Assembly (NCBI GenBank): GCA_028534125.1
Contig: CM052825.1
Location: 1,364,001-1,428,000 of the forward strand
DNA length: 64,000 bases
Source: Lama glama
Taxonomy: Eukaryota
Reading direction: 5' to 3'
Shown here: positions 13,223 to 25,890 of the stretch, piece after piece
How positions within the stretch are numbered: position 1 is the stretch's first letter
Layout: every line of letters starts with the position of its first letter
The notes under the pieces: model-generated
What the model saw: only the letters and a program-made list of their open reading frames with translations
What the model was told of the DNA's origin: nothing
Databases searched by the model: none
Translations under genes and position numbers: made by a program

Positions 13223-13392
13223 GGACGTACCAGCACCACCCCCTGGGTCAGAGGGACCAGCGCCACCCCCTGGGTCGGGTTGGACGGACCAGCACCACCC
13301 CCTGGGTCAGAGGGACCAGCGCCACCCCCTGGGTCGGGTTGGACGGACCAGCACCACCCCCTGGGTCAGAGGGACCAGCGCCACCCCCTGGG
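13223..13392 (+). repeat. Minisatellite, 59-bp unit x2.9, each unit made of two related subunits
   Basis: Unit ggacggaccagcaccaccccctgggtcagagggaccagcgccaccccctgggtcgggtt. Copies are nearly identical. Confidence 0.95.
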
Positions 13393-13804
13393 AGTGCCGA
13401 GCCAGCCAGTGCTACAGCTGACGGCACATCCCACAACAAGCAGGGTCTGGTCTTGGAGGTGGGAGAAGGACCGGGAGGGAGGTCAACAGGTGACCAAAGA
13501 AACTGCTCTTAACCTCAGAGTGGGTTCAGAGAGGGCTGTATCCAGTCTTCTCTTCTATGGATAACGCATTTCAAAGTGTTAAAAAAAAGAATTAGGAATA
13601 GCCTACGCCCCAAGCAGCTGCTGTGCTGCAGAAATCCAACAGAATATCAAGAGAAAGAATGAAGGGTACTGGCCAATCGCGAGAGGCAATTAAGAGAGCA
13701 GCCACCCCACTTTCCATAAGAAGCAGAGACGAAGTGCAGGTGGGTGACGGGCCCCAAGGGCAGATCCCACCAACCACAGAGGCAGCACAAGCAGGGAACA
13801 GCAC

Positions 13805-13940
13805 AGATTCTAGCTCCACTCACTACTAGGTAAGCGACCCCGGACAATCATTAACCTCCCCCAACTTCAATTCCCTCCTCAGGAAAATGAACGTAACAGC
13901 AGCGCCCCCCGCGCGGGGCTGTCCCGAGAATACTGCAGAC
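13805..13940 (+). mobile_element. MIR SINE fragment
   Basis: ttctagctccactcactactagg...attaacctcc...cttcaattccctcctcaggaaaatga. Confidence 0.6.
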
Positions 13941-16900
13941 GAAGGACTCGTTTTGGAAGAGGATTATACTATGACTATGAATCACAGGCGATATTACAGA
14001 ACATATAAACAAAATGATGTCTGTGTCCAATTAGAAAGCAAAGTGGCAGCAACTAGTCACCAGCATGAATTCGCTAAGAATGAGATTTACATAAATTAAC
14101 ATTTCCACCTCTGAGCCATAGATTGCTGTATAAGTACATGGTGTATTATGAGAACACTCATCCACCCCCAGCCTCGTTCCAGAGGAGGCCCAAGGTGAAT
14201 CTCAGCACCTCCAGGCCCGGTTCCCGACATGCTGATGAACACAAGGAGGTCCAAGGACAAAGAGAACAGCTCAGTGAAGACTGCCCGGTGTCAGCGGGTC
14301 ACATCCAAGCCCCGCCCCGCCCCGCCCCTGGACAGCAGAGCGGCTGGCAGGGCTCCAGCAATCACCCGAAGACCCGCTGGCCCGTCTCAGCTGGGGTGGA
14401 GCCACCCGGCACATGGCCCGGCACCCTGGGCCCGTCCAGCGCCTCAGCGATCACAGAGGTGCCTGCCAGTCACTGGGCAGCACAAAATGAGGCAGCACAT
14501 CTCCTCAAGGGCAGAATCAAGGTCCATAAACCACTCTGCGGGGGAGGAGAGGAGGGGAGGGAAACGACGGGCTAAGGGCCAGGCCGCGGAAACAGGGCCG
14601 CGGCGCGTGCGGCCAATCGGCACGAGCCTGCGACCAGCTCCGTCTGCAGTCAGCGAGGCCTCCAGTCAGTGGCCGGAGAGCTGCGCACGTCTCCGTGGAA
14701 GAGGAGGCCCCAGAGTCAGCGGGGACGGTCAGGGTTCACTCCTTCGATGACTTTGGTACAACCACAAGCCCCCTCGTGTGCGGAATCTCCACGCCAGCAA
14801 GCAAAGTCCCGGCCGAGTCAGCAGTGCCGGCCGCCCAGCCACTTCCGTCCAGGCACGCACGCTGCTGCAGCCCTGACCTGGGCGCAGTGACCGCCAGAGA
14901 AGCAGGCACCAGCCTCCCGCTCCAGCACCATCGAATCCGGACCTCACCCTCCTGCCCACCAGCAGCAACTCAGCCAAACCACTTCATGGAAATGAATTAC
15001 ATGGGTCCCCAGACACGTGTAAATAAAATGAAGAAATTTCGAATTTACAGTTGCTGCCTTCGAATGCTTCCTCCCAGCTCAGGCAGGATTAAAAGGACTT
15101 CAAAGCAGCCTGGGCTCCAATTAAGCCAGTGTGACCACCCCAGGGAGGCTGGAATAGTCCTCTGATTAACAAGAGGCGCTCTTTGAACTGTTTGAGCTAA
15201 AAAAAGCTCTGAGAACCTTTCAAACAAATGCCATCATTTTCTCTCCCTGTTCCCTCACCCTTTGGAAAAGTTGATCTTTTGAATGCTTCAAACATTGAAA
15301 AAGAAGGCTGGGTAACGGCCCCAAACAGGCCTTCAGCCAGGAGCTCAGAACAGTGGTGGTGAGCAGGTGGCTTAGGACGTAACTGGACACAAGCAGGCCA
15401 CCTCCAGGAGGTGAGCGCGCTGCTGGCCTGGGCCCACCCGGTGCAGGTCCCCCCACAAGTGGAGCAAAGCCGCGAGCCAGGGGAGAGATCTGAGCAGAGC
15501 CAGGTCTGGCCGGAGCTGGGGCCTTCCTCCAGAGATGAGCCCCAGTGACGAGGGCCTCCAGCAGAAAGAGGCAGAGCCGCCGCCCACGAGAACAGCCGTT
15601 GGGGTGGACACCCAAGCTGGAATCCGCAGAGCACACAGAGGAAGCAATGGCAGCTCACACAGCCAAGGTGACACAGGAAAGGCCCACGCGAGCTCGGGAC
15701 GTCAAACCACTCGCAGCACCACAGGCAGAAGGTAAACATGGAGACGACTGCAGGTGTGTCACACCCTGGGCAGCAGGTGTGTGGGAGCGGGCACCTGAAC
15801 CAGTGCCTGTCCCCACAGCCTATGAGGCGCCTTCAGGGCCCCGCTCCCGCCCTGGCTCAGCCCTCGCGGATGTGACAGGCAGTGCGGACGTGACCGGCAG
15901 CGCAGACCCCGCCAGCCCACCCACGAGGCCCCTTGCAGCAGAGGCAGCAGACTGCACAGCTGCACAGCAAGAAGGGGGCTGAGGGCCGAGTCAGCTTCTA
16001 GGGACGCAGTCCAAAGCAACGTGGGAACAAAGGGCTGCGGCGAGACCCCAGAGGAGGCGTCCTCACCAGTGAGGCGCTCCAAACCTGCCGGAGAGAGGTC
16101 TCAGACCCTTGGCAAAGCAGCAGGTCCCAGAGGGGGCCCCCGGCTGGCTGAGCAGCCCTGGGCAAGTTATCGCACCTTTCCAGCTTCAGTCTATCCACAC
16201 TGAAGGCCTGGGACACGGCGAACAGGACCTTTCATCCCGACAGAAGATTCTGTTTCCAAAAATGAAGTGTCCTAGGAACCTGTCCGTGGCGACAAGAACG
16301 AGGTAGGAGAGCCGCCCAGCAAGGCAGAGCTTCCATGCAGAGCGTCCCTGAGGCCCAAACGTACGAGGGGAGCTCTCGAGAAGTCAAGGCAAGCCAGAGT
16401 TGGGGGCCGAGAGCAGAGGCCAGCACGCGCAGCCCCTACGGTGTGGGAAAGACCCAGGGTTTCCCCCCAAGTGTGCTGGCACGCAACTGGGGGGCTTAAG
16501 TGCAGAAAGGCACGGTCCTATTTGCTTTAAAAAGAGACGTGTCCCAAACGTTCATGCTGTTAATAACCGGAAGAACTAGAGACAGCCTGAATATCTCAAC
16601 GGCAGGGCAATGGCGGGACATCCACAGGATGGCCCCTGGGGCCTTTACAGAGGAGGCCACACGTGTTTTTAGACACGGGTACTAAGGTCATGACACCGAA
16701 GGTAAGGCTACACAGCCATGGGCTTGGAGCCATTTCTGAAAGTCCACGTGCGGAGGGTGAAGGCCGGGACAGGTCAGCAGGAGGCTCGGAAGAGCGCGGA
16801 CCTCTCGGGGCTGGGACTGCGAGCGACTGGTTCTCTTTTCTATCTGTCTTTTACTACTTTGTAAAGAACATCCTTTGTGAAATAAAATTAAAAACAGTTC

Positions 16901-19849
16901 TGCAGCTATGTTGCTCCACTGTGTTGTCAAGAAAAACATTTATCAACATGAACTGTTACTGACGTGATCTGCTAAGACCCAGAGCATGAGGCTACAGGGC
17001 ATCGCCAGCCCCCGGCCGCCACCCTCACGGCAGGACGGGCGCCGCGATCCCCGCAGGCCCGGAGATGGGGCCCGCCCACGCAGGTCACAAGAACACAGAC
17101 CATCAGCACTGGTCCCCGGGCCATGACGGGGGTCGGGGCTCAGGTGGCACTCACAGATGTACCCGTGTTCACAGCCAGTGTAAGAGTGGATGAAAGCAGA
17201 GGTGATTTTTTCCAAGATGACATGGAAGGCACCTTCCCTCTACTTCTCCCGCTGCACATACTCGAGGTATTAGGTTCAAGAAACCTTTAGGGTCCAAAGT
17301 CAAACCACTACATCCCAAATTACATCATTAGAACTTAGGTCTCAAGGGAACAAGGCACCAAGAATCGCAAGCAAAGACGGGTGATGTTACAGCCAATTCA
17401 CAGATGCGAAAATGCGTCTCTGGCAGCCATGTCCCCAGCAGCTGCTAAGGGGGTCCTACCTCCTCCTGTGAGGGCCGCTCTCACCGCACCTCCCCTGGCC
17501 CAGTGTCCTCTGGGCAGAGAACAGACCACGCCCAGGAGGGCACGGCTGCCCAAGTTCTTCCTCCAAGACAGCCCACGCCGCCAGACGCCTCTGCCGGCCC
17601 CTGGGATGTGGGGAGAGACGAAGAGACTGAGGAAGACGCATCCTGGGCCTGGAGGTGCCGGTGGCAACTGTGTGTTCTCCTCCTTGTGAGACAGACAGGC
17701 TGTACGTCACAGGAACGCGGGGCTCCGGGGCGGGGGCGGGGCTCCGGGGCAGAAAGGACGTACTACCCCATGTGCCCCAGGTTGTCTGGAGCAGTAAGGA
17801 TAGGGCCAAGTCCCCACACCCTGAACGCAAGGACACCAGCCAGGGGTGTCCAAACAGCACCGGCCAGGCCTGGCTGCGTGCTCATCTCCCTAAGCCCGAG
17901 CCTCCACCACAAACGCATCAGGCCTTCAGAAGGCCCGGGGCAGATCTCAATGGGCCCACTGTTGTGGCACCCTCTGCTCTACATAGCGTCGCCAAACTCA
18001 GGGCAGCCCGGTCCCCGGGATCTGCCCGTCTCCTCAGGACACACGCGGCCTTCTTGTTTCGCTGACCAAGCAGCACCGGTCCCAGGTCTTGGCCCCCTGT
18101 AAGCATGACCTTCCTCAAGTCACGCAGCCTGGGACAGATACTGAATGTTACCAAGAACATGGCGAATGCACTGCGAGCTACAAATCACAGCTACTTCTGA
18201 GTGTGGGCAGATGCTGCACCACGCGGGCCCGCCGTAGCCACCGGCCAGCCAGGAGCCCTCACGGCAGCTGGTAATCGCTCCCCTCACCTCTTCCTGTGCC
18301 TTTTGCCTCATCGCCAATTTCACCCTGAGCTCCAGACCCAGATCTCTCAAGTCACCAGACGATCAGGCCACCGGTCAAGCTGTCTTCAAGAGGAAGTCTT
18401 CCCCGGACCCCTCCTTCCTGCTCATGGACTGAAGACCCTCCTCCCTGCTGCACAGCTGTCACTCCCTCCTGTCACTGACAGTCGCGCCCCCATGTCCAAG
18501 TCCTTCCTCTTTTACTTTTTTTTTTTAAGTAAAATGCAACCTACAGTAGCTTTCTGGAAAAGGGTATGAGGAAGATACATTTTTTTTGACTCCGCAAATC
18601 CCAAAATACCTTTAGCCCGCCCTCCCACAGAACTGTGAGTTTGACTGGCACAGAACTCTTAGGGTGAAAATTACCTTCCTGCAGACTCTGGAAGGCACTG
18701 CTCTCCGCAAGGCGCCAACGCTGCTGTTCAGAGGAAGTGACTCTGATTCTCGATTTGCACGTCACCTCTTTTCATCCTTCAGGAAGCTTCCAGGACCCAC
18801 CTCCTTGCTAACATTCTGAAATTTCACAGTAACATGCCTCAGGGGTGTTCCCTTCCATCCCGCTGGACAGGCACTTTCAGTCTGAAACAGTGTCTTCAGT
18901 TCTAGGAAAGCTCAACGAGGATCTCCCCGTCCTCTTAAGAGGAGAGCAGCAGGCAAGGCACGCAGCCGGTGCCGCACTCGGGACGTCCCACCTGAGACAA
19001 CGCTCAGTCGACAGGGCCCAGCAAACCACGTTCAAAGGTGTTCCCAGAGCCAGTGCCAACAAGCCCCCAGGAAAGCAGCCTGGCACCTGGCTTTCAGGGT
19101 CCCGGTCCCACGGGTGCTGAGCTCACTTGCGGGAAAGCTAGGGGACTTCGGATATTTGGAGGACGTCAAGAAGAGAGGAATTCGCTGGAATGTGCAGTAA
19201 TGGGAGGTACAATCTGGTGGCCACAATTTACGGGGCTTGGTTTCCGACCCTTGAGAAAGCAAGTAATAGGAGCTTCTGAAAATCCAATCTGACATGCCTC
19301 ATGTAAATTTCCAGAGAGAAATTAATTTTGTAAATGATCGCAACCCTGTGGCTCAAGGATCTTGCAAAGCCAAAAAGAAGGCCTCCATGATAGACTAACA
19401 GTCCTAGCAAACGTACATAAACAACACGGCTGACCCAGGTCAGCCTTACTTTGCGATCAAGATAATCTTTGAGACTGCTAAAATCAAAAAAGGGAGGCAA
19501 AGGGAAAACCTTAAATGGGCAGAAAAAAGATGACGTGTCCTGTCCACCATTAAGCTCATTTCTCTCTTCATCTGCAAGCTGCTTTACACGTTGGTAAGTC
19601 AAAGAAAACTGAGAGCGATGCAAATGACTTGTGTCCACAGAAATACAAGTTCTGGCCCGTACACACTGCTGCCTCCTGCCCTCTGGACACTGACAGCTTC
19701 CCCGCCCTCACCTGCGTCTCTATTAAATTAACCCCAGCGGTCCTTCTGATGACAAACACATGCTTCTCCTTCAGACCAGCTGTAAGACCTTACTAGCTCC
19801 TTCATTAATTACTGAGTCAAATAAAACACACAACACCTCTAGACGAACA

Positions 19850-20720
19850 GATAAACACAATCTACAAGACCATTGTATTTAAAATTACAAACTATTGCTG
19901 TAAAAATGAAATGAATGGAGAGACATACCATGAACTAAAAGGTCAATATCGTTAAGATGTCAACTCTCTCCAAACTGATCTATAAATTCAGTTCAAAAAT
20001 CAATACAAGGGGAGGACATAGGTCAGCGGTGGAGCACATGCCTAGCATGCACGAGGTCCCAGGTTCAATCCCCAGTACTTCCACTAAAAACAAATAAATA
20101 AATAAAAATCGAATTACCTCCCCCAACAAAAAAATTGAAAAAAAACCTAGATATAAAAAAATAAAATCAATACAAGTCACAACAGGGATTTCTGCAGATA
20201 CTGATGATCTATTTATGAAACATTATACAGAAGAGCAAGTGAATCTTTAACAGCCCACAATACCAGGAAAGGAAAACAAATGGACAAGACTTGCAGTGCT
20301 CGAGCTAAGACTCACCGTGAAGCCCCAGCAATCAAGAAAGGATAGCACTGGCGTGAGGACAGGACGTGTCAGCAGAATAAAACAGGATCCAGAAACAGAC
20401 CGCCACGCACGTGCTCAGTTTACTCGATAGTAATAACAAACCTGTTCGAAGGGAAAAGAGTAACTTTTCCAAACACAGTGCTAACGCCTGATAAGAGCAA
20501 GGGAAAAGAAAAGAACCTCGACCCCCACTTCAGACCTCACACGACATGGCTCACCATCCTGTCCACAAAATGTCAAAGTAGAAAATTCTAGAAGAAAACA
20601 CAGGAAAATTCATTTGCAACCACGAAATGGGAGAAGATACCTTACAGCATAAAAACCATTAACTATAAAAGAAAAAACTGATGAATGCATTTCATCAAAA
20701 TCAAGAAATGCCGCTGAGAA
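19850..20720 (+). mobile_element. Old L1 (L1M) ORF2 fragment interrupted by the SINE
   Basis: Matches L1 ORF2 sequence (atggagagacataccatg...aatatcgttaagatgtcaactctctccaaactgatctataaattca; ctagaagaaaacacagga). Confidence 0.8.
20010..20162 (+). mobile_element. tRNA-derived SINE, camelid Vic-1-like, with 14-bp TSD
   Basis: A box TAGGTCAGCGG (20019-20029), B box GGTTCAATCCC (20062-20072), A-rich tail. Direct repeat AAAATCAATACAAG at 19996-20009 and 20163-20176. Confidence 0.88.
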
Positions 20721-20879
20721 TGGCTACAGTGAACTTACTATGATAATTTCCAAATGTGAGAGGTCTGGTGAGGTTTTGTAATAAGAATATGCAACTGGCA
20801 AGGAAGTTGGGCTTTCTCTGGGGCACCCAAAACAAAGACAGGAAGGCAAGCAAAAAAACTGGACAAAAATCTCTCTGCG

Positions 20880-21040
20880 GATAATCACTTTTACCAGATT
20901 GTTCGCAGCCAGTGCAGATTTTTTACACATTGACCTTGAATCCGGCCATTCTGCTGAACTCAGTTATCACTTCTAATGACTGTGGTGTGTCCAAGAGGTT
21001 TCCTGCACGCAAAACCAGGTCACTGGCACACAGGGAGGTC
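20880..21040 (-). mobile_element. Antisense L1 ORF2 (RT region) fragment
   Basis: Minus-strand translation LEVITEFSRMAGFKVNV resembles L1 ORF2 LELINEFSKVAGYKINV. Confidence 0.75.
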
Positions 21041-21464
21041 TGGAGGTCTGTCACCTCCTCCCCTCGCATGACCGTCCTGGGCAGGCCCTCCAGCACACGC
21101 GACAGCACCTGCCCCCTCTTGGTCCTGCTTCAGTCTCTGTGCCTCGGGGGTTGGGATGGTCAGTGGAGCCATCCTGGGCCCAGCCCCGCCCGCCTCGGCC
21201 GCACGCTTCCCTCCCGCAACTGCACTCGGCGACCGTGGGGCTGCCGCCTGCTTCCTTTTCATGATTTCTTTTACTGACATTCTCTATTTCCACTGATTGC
21301 TCTTTGCCCTGCACGTGAGCTATATTTTGTTTCATTGCATGCCCGGGGACTTCTGTTGAAAACTGGACGGTTCAAAGAAGACCGAGCGGCACCTCTGGCA
21401 AGCAGGCCGTAGTCTGTACCTTTGTTTGTGTGGCCGCTGAGGTCTACTCAGTCAGTCAAGCCGT

Positions 21465-22310
21465 AGGAAATGCAATTCTAAATCACAGTGAGAGATCACT
21501 TCACACCCAGCAAGTCAGCTGGAATCAGAAAGACAGATGAAACAAGTGTTGGCGAGGCTGTGAAGAAACCAGAACCCTTGCACACTGGCGGTGGGAACTA
21601 AAATGGTGCAGCCACTGCGGGGGACAGTGTGGCAATCCCTCCGAAGTTACCATATACCTAGAGATCCCACCTTAGGAATTCCACTCCCAAGAGAGCTGAA
21701 AACACATGTCCACACAGAAACCTGCACAGCAACGCTCACAGCAGTGTCATTCATAACTGCCAAACTGGAAACAACCCAAAGGCCTGTCAGCCGCCGAACA
21801 GATAAACAAAATGCAGTGTATCCATCCAACGGACTGTCATTCCCCCATGAAAAGGAATGAAGCGTGGAGGCACTGCGACGTGGATGAACTCTGGCAAGAT
21901 TACACCACGTGAGAGAAGGCAGACACAAAGGCTACGTGGGGTGTGATTCCATTTGCACGAAATACCCAGAGCAGGCAGATCCACCCAGAGAGAGCAGAGC
22001 CTCGGCCGAGACCTCGGGGAAGCAGAACAGGGAGGGGCTGCAACCAGGTACAGGGTGTCTTGGGGGGGGGGCATGAAAATGTTCTGGAACCCGGGTGGCT
22101 CCAGGCGCACAGTCCGAGGAGCACACTGAGAAGCGCTGAATCAGACGCTTCACGACAGTAGCAAGTGACTGGAAGAGACAGAGGGAAATTCCTGAGGTCA
22201 TGGGAACTTCCTAAACTTCACACAGGTGCTGACGAATGGGCGACACGTTCTCAAACTTAAGGTCCGTCCATTTCACTGTATGCATTTATTCTCAATTAAA
22301 CATTTTAAAA
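21465..22310 (+). mobile_element. L1M 3' end (ORF2 C-terminus plus 3' UTR)
   Basis: Typical L1MB/MC sequence: aggaaatgcaa...acaagtgttggcgagg...aaaatggtgcagccact...ctggaaacaacccaaa. Confidence 0.8.
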
Positions 22311-23189
22311 GGAATTGAAAAAGTTTTTTTTTTCCTTAAAGGCCACACTGATGCCACTGTCAAAGCAAGTGAAACAAGGTCGAGCAACACACAGGTCTTC
22401 TTTGAAGTCACCTGGCATGCTTTAAGGTTTCTGAAAGCAGAAACCACCTTTAATCCCAGGAAGCCAGCGAGTGGGATGGGGGCTCGCGCCCCAGCAAGGA
22501 CAGAAGCAGGAACGTTTCCCCCCACCTTCACCTCCAGGAGGCTTCGTGAGCCCTGGGGCCAGGCGGGCAGCGTCCGGGAGCCCCAGATCACGTAGAAGGG
22601 ATGGCTGAGAGCCCGAAAGCCACCAGGGCAGCGAGCGAGACAGGAGGACCGGAAGCAGTGTTACCTCAGGTACTCAGTCCTGAACAGCACCGTGATTTAA
22701 GGCAGCACCTTTCTTTCTTTTTAAGTGCACAAGGCAGAAATCAAACACAACATCAAGGAAACTGGAAACAACGGCAGTGTACACTAAAAGGGACGTGGTA
22801 TGTAAACTGTGTGCCTCCCTGCGATGGAGTAACAGACAGCTATTAAAGAGCAACACCAGCAACCTCACACAGGGCAGCTCAAAGGAGAGCAAATCAGGCC
22901 GGACCGCAGCCATTTGTACGCATGTCAAACGTCCACACACACAAGCACCGCCTAAGAGGGCTTTTACCACACCGTTAATACTAATTAATTCTGGATGGAA
23001 TTAGAAAAGGCAGAGAGGTGTGAAGAACTTTCACTTCAATTCTCTACGGTTTGATTTTTTTGCAGGGACATTTTTTTCACATCGCACGTGCGGTATTTCC
23101 GAAAGGCGTGTCACAGGACTCTGTGGTCACACCGGAGTCTACATCCACTCGTGGTCTCTGCTTCTGGCCATGAAGGACTAGCCCCGGGG

Positions 23190-23725
23190 ACAGCCCTGTC
23201 CCGTGTGGCTCACGGGGACCTTCTTAGATGGTCTTGTAAGATCAAACTACTTTTGAAATAGTATTAAGCTATTATTTGCCTTTTTTCTCCCCTTTCTTTC
23301 CTTCCTTCCTGTGCTGACGTTTGCACTGAGGACACAGAAGCTGTCACAAGGAAAGCATCAGTGAGCCACGCCAGCCGCGCCGCCCGCACGCCAGCAGTCA
23401 CCTTATCCCGCACGGCCACACGAAGTTCAAGAGCAGAGCCAACTGCACTTCAGGATGCCAGCGACACTGTACATACTAAGCCCTGCCCCTGGGGGGGGCG
23501 TCTTCATACCACGGGTGAAGAGATGGGAGGTGCACAGAAGACACTCCGGGGAGCCAAAGGGTGGCCGTCGCCTTCTGGGTTGAGCTGTGAGCAGAACTAG
23601 CTACTTTTAACAGAAAACAAACAAACCATTCTACTTGAAAAAGTGACTGACAAATGAGTTACTCAAACTTGGGTATCTGACCGCCTTGCTCTCAAAAACG
23701 AGTTGAATAAGCTTCTCACTTAACA
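23190..23725 (+). mobile_element. Charlie1/Charlie1a (hAT) DNA transposon, 5' part
   Basis: Follows the Charlie1a consensus (gatcaaactacttttgaaatagtattaag...ttatttgccttttt...gttgagctgtgagcagaactagc...tacttgaaaagtgactgaca...cttgggtatctg). Confidence 0.75.
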
Positions 23726-23729
23726 GAAA

Positions 23730-25250
23730 ACCACCAGATTCGACGTGACCCCTGTCAAAATCCCAATGACGTTTTTACAGAAATGGAAAAACCCACCCTG
23801 AAATTCCTGCGAAACCTCGAGTGACCCAGAATAACCAAAACAACCTTGAGAAAACATCAAGTCGGAGGGCTCACACTTTCTGAGTTCAAAGGCTATTACA
23901 AAGCCACAGCAATCGGAGCCAGCGGTACTGGTGAAAAGGCAAGACACAGACCAGTGGGACGGAACAGAGCCCAGAAATAAACCCTAGCAAACGTGGCCGA
24001 GTGATTTTCAACAAGAGCGCCGAGACCATTCAGCGGGGAAAGGACCATCTTCTCAACAAACAGGGCTGCGGAAACTGAAAAGAAACCGAAGACCATGTAC
24101 CAAAACAAACTCAAAATGAAGCAGAGGCCTAAACGTAAGAGCTAAAACTATAAAGAAAACATGGGGGAAAGCCTCCTAACGTGGGACTTGGCCACGATTC
24201 CTGGCTCTGACACCCAGAGCACAGGCAGCAAAAGAAAAGCAGCTCAGCTGGACTTGACGAACATTAACAACTTCTGTACACAGGGCACTAACGCGAGCGT
24301 GGAAAGGCAGCCCACGGGGTGTGAGGAAGTACCTGCGAATCGCAGACCTGATAAGGGTCCAGTGCCCGGAACACACAGAGTCCTCGCAGCTCAACAGCAA
24401 GACGATAACCCGGCTGGGAGACGGCACAGAACCTGAATGGCGTTTCTCCAAGAAGATACACCAGTGGCCAACGAGCACGTGACAGGGCGCCTGACGCCAC
24501 AACCATCAGGGAAGTGGGGACCAAAGCCACAGTGAGGTGCGACCTCACAGCCAGTAAAAGGTCGACGATCAAAACAAAGAACAAACCAAAGAGACAGAAA
24601 GTACCTGCTGGCCAGGGTGGGGAGGAACTGGAACCCTGTGCTCTGCTGGGGAATGTAAAACAGTGCCACCACCGGCGAACACAGTTTGGTGATTCGTCAA
24701 AACAGTAAACACAGACTCGCCATGTGACCCAGCAATTCCACGGCTGGGTCTACACCCAAAAGCCCCGAGAACAGAGTCTGGAGGAAGGATTTGTACACCC
24801 ATGTGCAAAGCGTCGTTACTCACAATAGCCAAAAGGTAAAAGTAACCCAAGCGCCCTTGGTCAGGTGAATAAGCAAACTGCAGTATATACATACAATGGA
24901 TTAGAAGAGAAAGAAAATTCTGACACCTGCTGCAGCACGGAGGGCCCCTGAGGCCACTGCGATGAGCGCGAGAAACCAGACGCAAAAGGACAACCACTCA
25001 GGACTCCACTCACACGAGGACCTAGCAGCCAAATCCACGGAGACGGACAGCAGGAGGGCAGGGGGGGGCGGGGGCGGGGGAGGAGGGCGCACTCAGTGTT
25101 CACTGGGGCAAAGTCAGTCTTGGAAGATGAGAAAGTTCCGGAGGTGGCAGCAGTGATGGTCGCACAACAATGCGGACGCACTTAGAGCCTAAAATGGTTA
25201 AAGTGATACATTTTATGGTGTGCGTATTTTAACACAATGTAAAAAAAGAA
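23730..25250 (+). mobile_element. L1MB-like 5'-truncated LINE (ORF2 end, 3' UTR, A-rich tail)
   Basis: Runs from tcaaaatcccaatgacgttttt acagaaatggaaaa to atggttaaagtgatacattttatggtgtgcgtattttaacacaat, then an A-rich tail. Confidence 0.85.
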
Positions 25251-25257
25251 GAAAGAA

Positions 25258-25330
25258 ATTATGCCTCTGGAGCAGTACCAAAGAAGAATACCCACAATTA
25301 TCTGCAAAGCCTTTTAAAGTACAGCTCCCT
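25258..25330 (+). mobile_element. Charlie1 3' remnant (start of hAT dimerisation domain)
   Basis: Translates WSSTKEEYPQLSAKPFKVQLP, resembling Charlie FWCSIKEEYPQLSEKAIKILLP. Confidence 0.7.
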
Positions 25331-25689
25331 GGGCAGCAGGGAAACAGGCGTGTCCATGCACTGCTGGCAGGAACACAACACGGTTCAGCCCCGCGTGAGG
25401 CTTTTCCAATAGCTGACAAAAGTGTGTGTCCTCTGGTCCAGCAGTCCCAAGTCTAAGGGCTTAGCTGGAAGATGCAGCACCGGCCACAGTAAGTGACCGT
25501 GCACAAGCTTACTCATTACAGCGTTGTCTGCAACTGCACAGTATCGGCAGCTACCTCAACACCGAAGCCCGCGGGGAGTGCCGCAGGCTCAGGGGCCCTG
25601 CGCCAGGCTGCAGGAAGAAGTGGGTGCCCGTAGCAGCCAGCCAGCCAGGGACCCTCTACAGGCATTATTAAGTGCAAGAAACAAAGTGT

Positions 25690-25890
25690 CACAACCAGGG
25701 CCTACTGCACAGCACAGGGAACAATACTCAGTACCTCGTAATAGCCTGTAACGGAAAAGAAGTGGGAAAAGAACATGCGTGTCCATGTGCGAGCGCGCAC
25801 ACACACTCACACATAGCCAAATCGCTTTGCTGGACCCCTGAAACTAATGCAACATTTAAGTCAACTGTACTTCAATTTTTTAAAAAAGTT
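25690..25890 (+). mobile_element. Cetartiodactyl-type L1 3' UTR end
   Basis: acaaccagggcctactgcacagcacagggaac...ctttgctggacccctgaaactaatgcaacatt...caactgtacttcaatt, a diagnostic artiodactyl L1 terminus. Confidence 0.8.

Noticed and set aside
13223-13392. CRISPR-like repeat-spacer appearance
   Set aside because: The intervening segments are short and themselves repeated rather than unique spacers. The context is eukaryotic and there are no cas genes.
20010-20085. tRNA gene
   Set aside because: The tRNA-like head is degenerate, has an A-rich tail and is flanked by a TSD, so it is a SINE.
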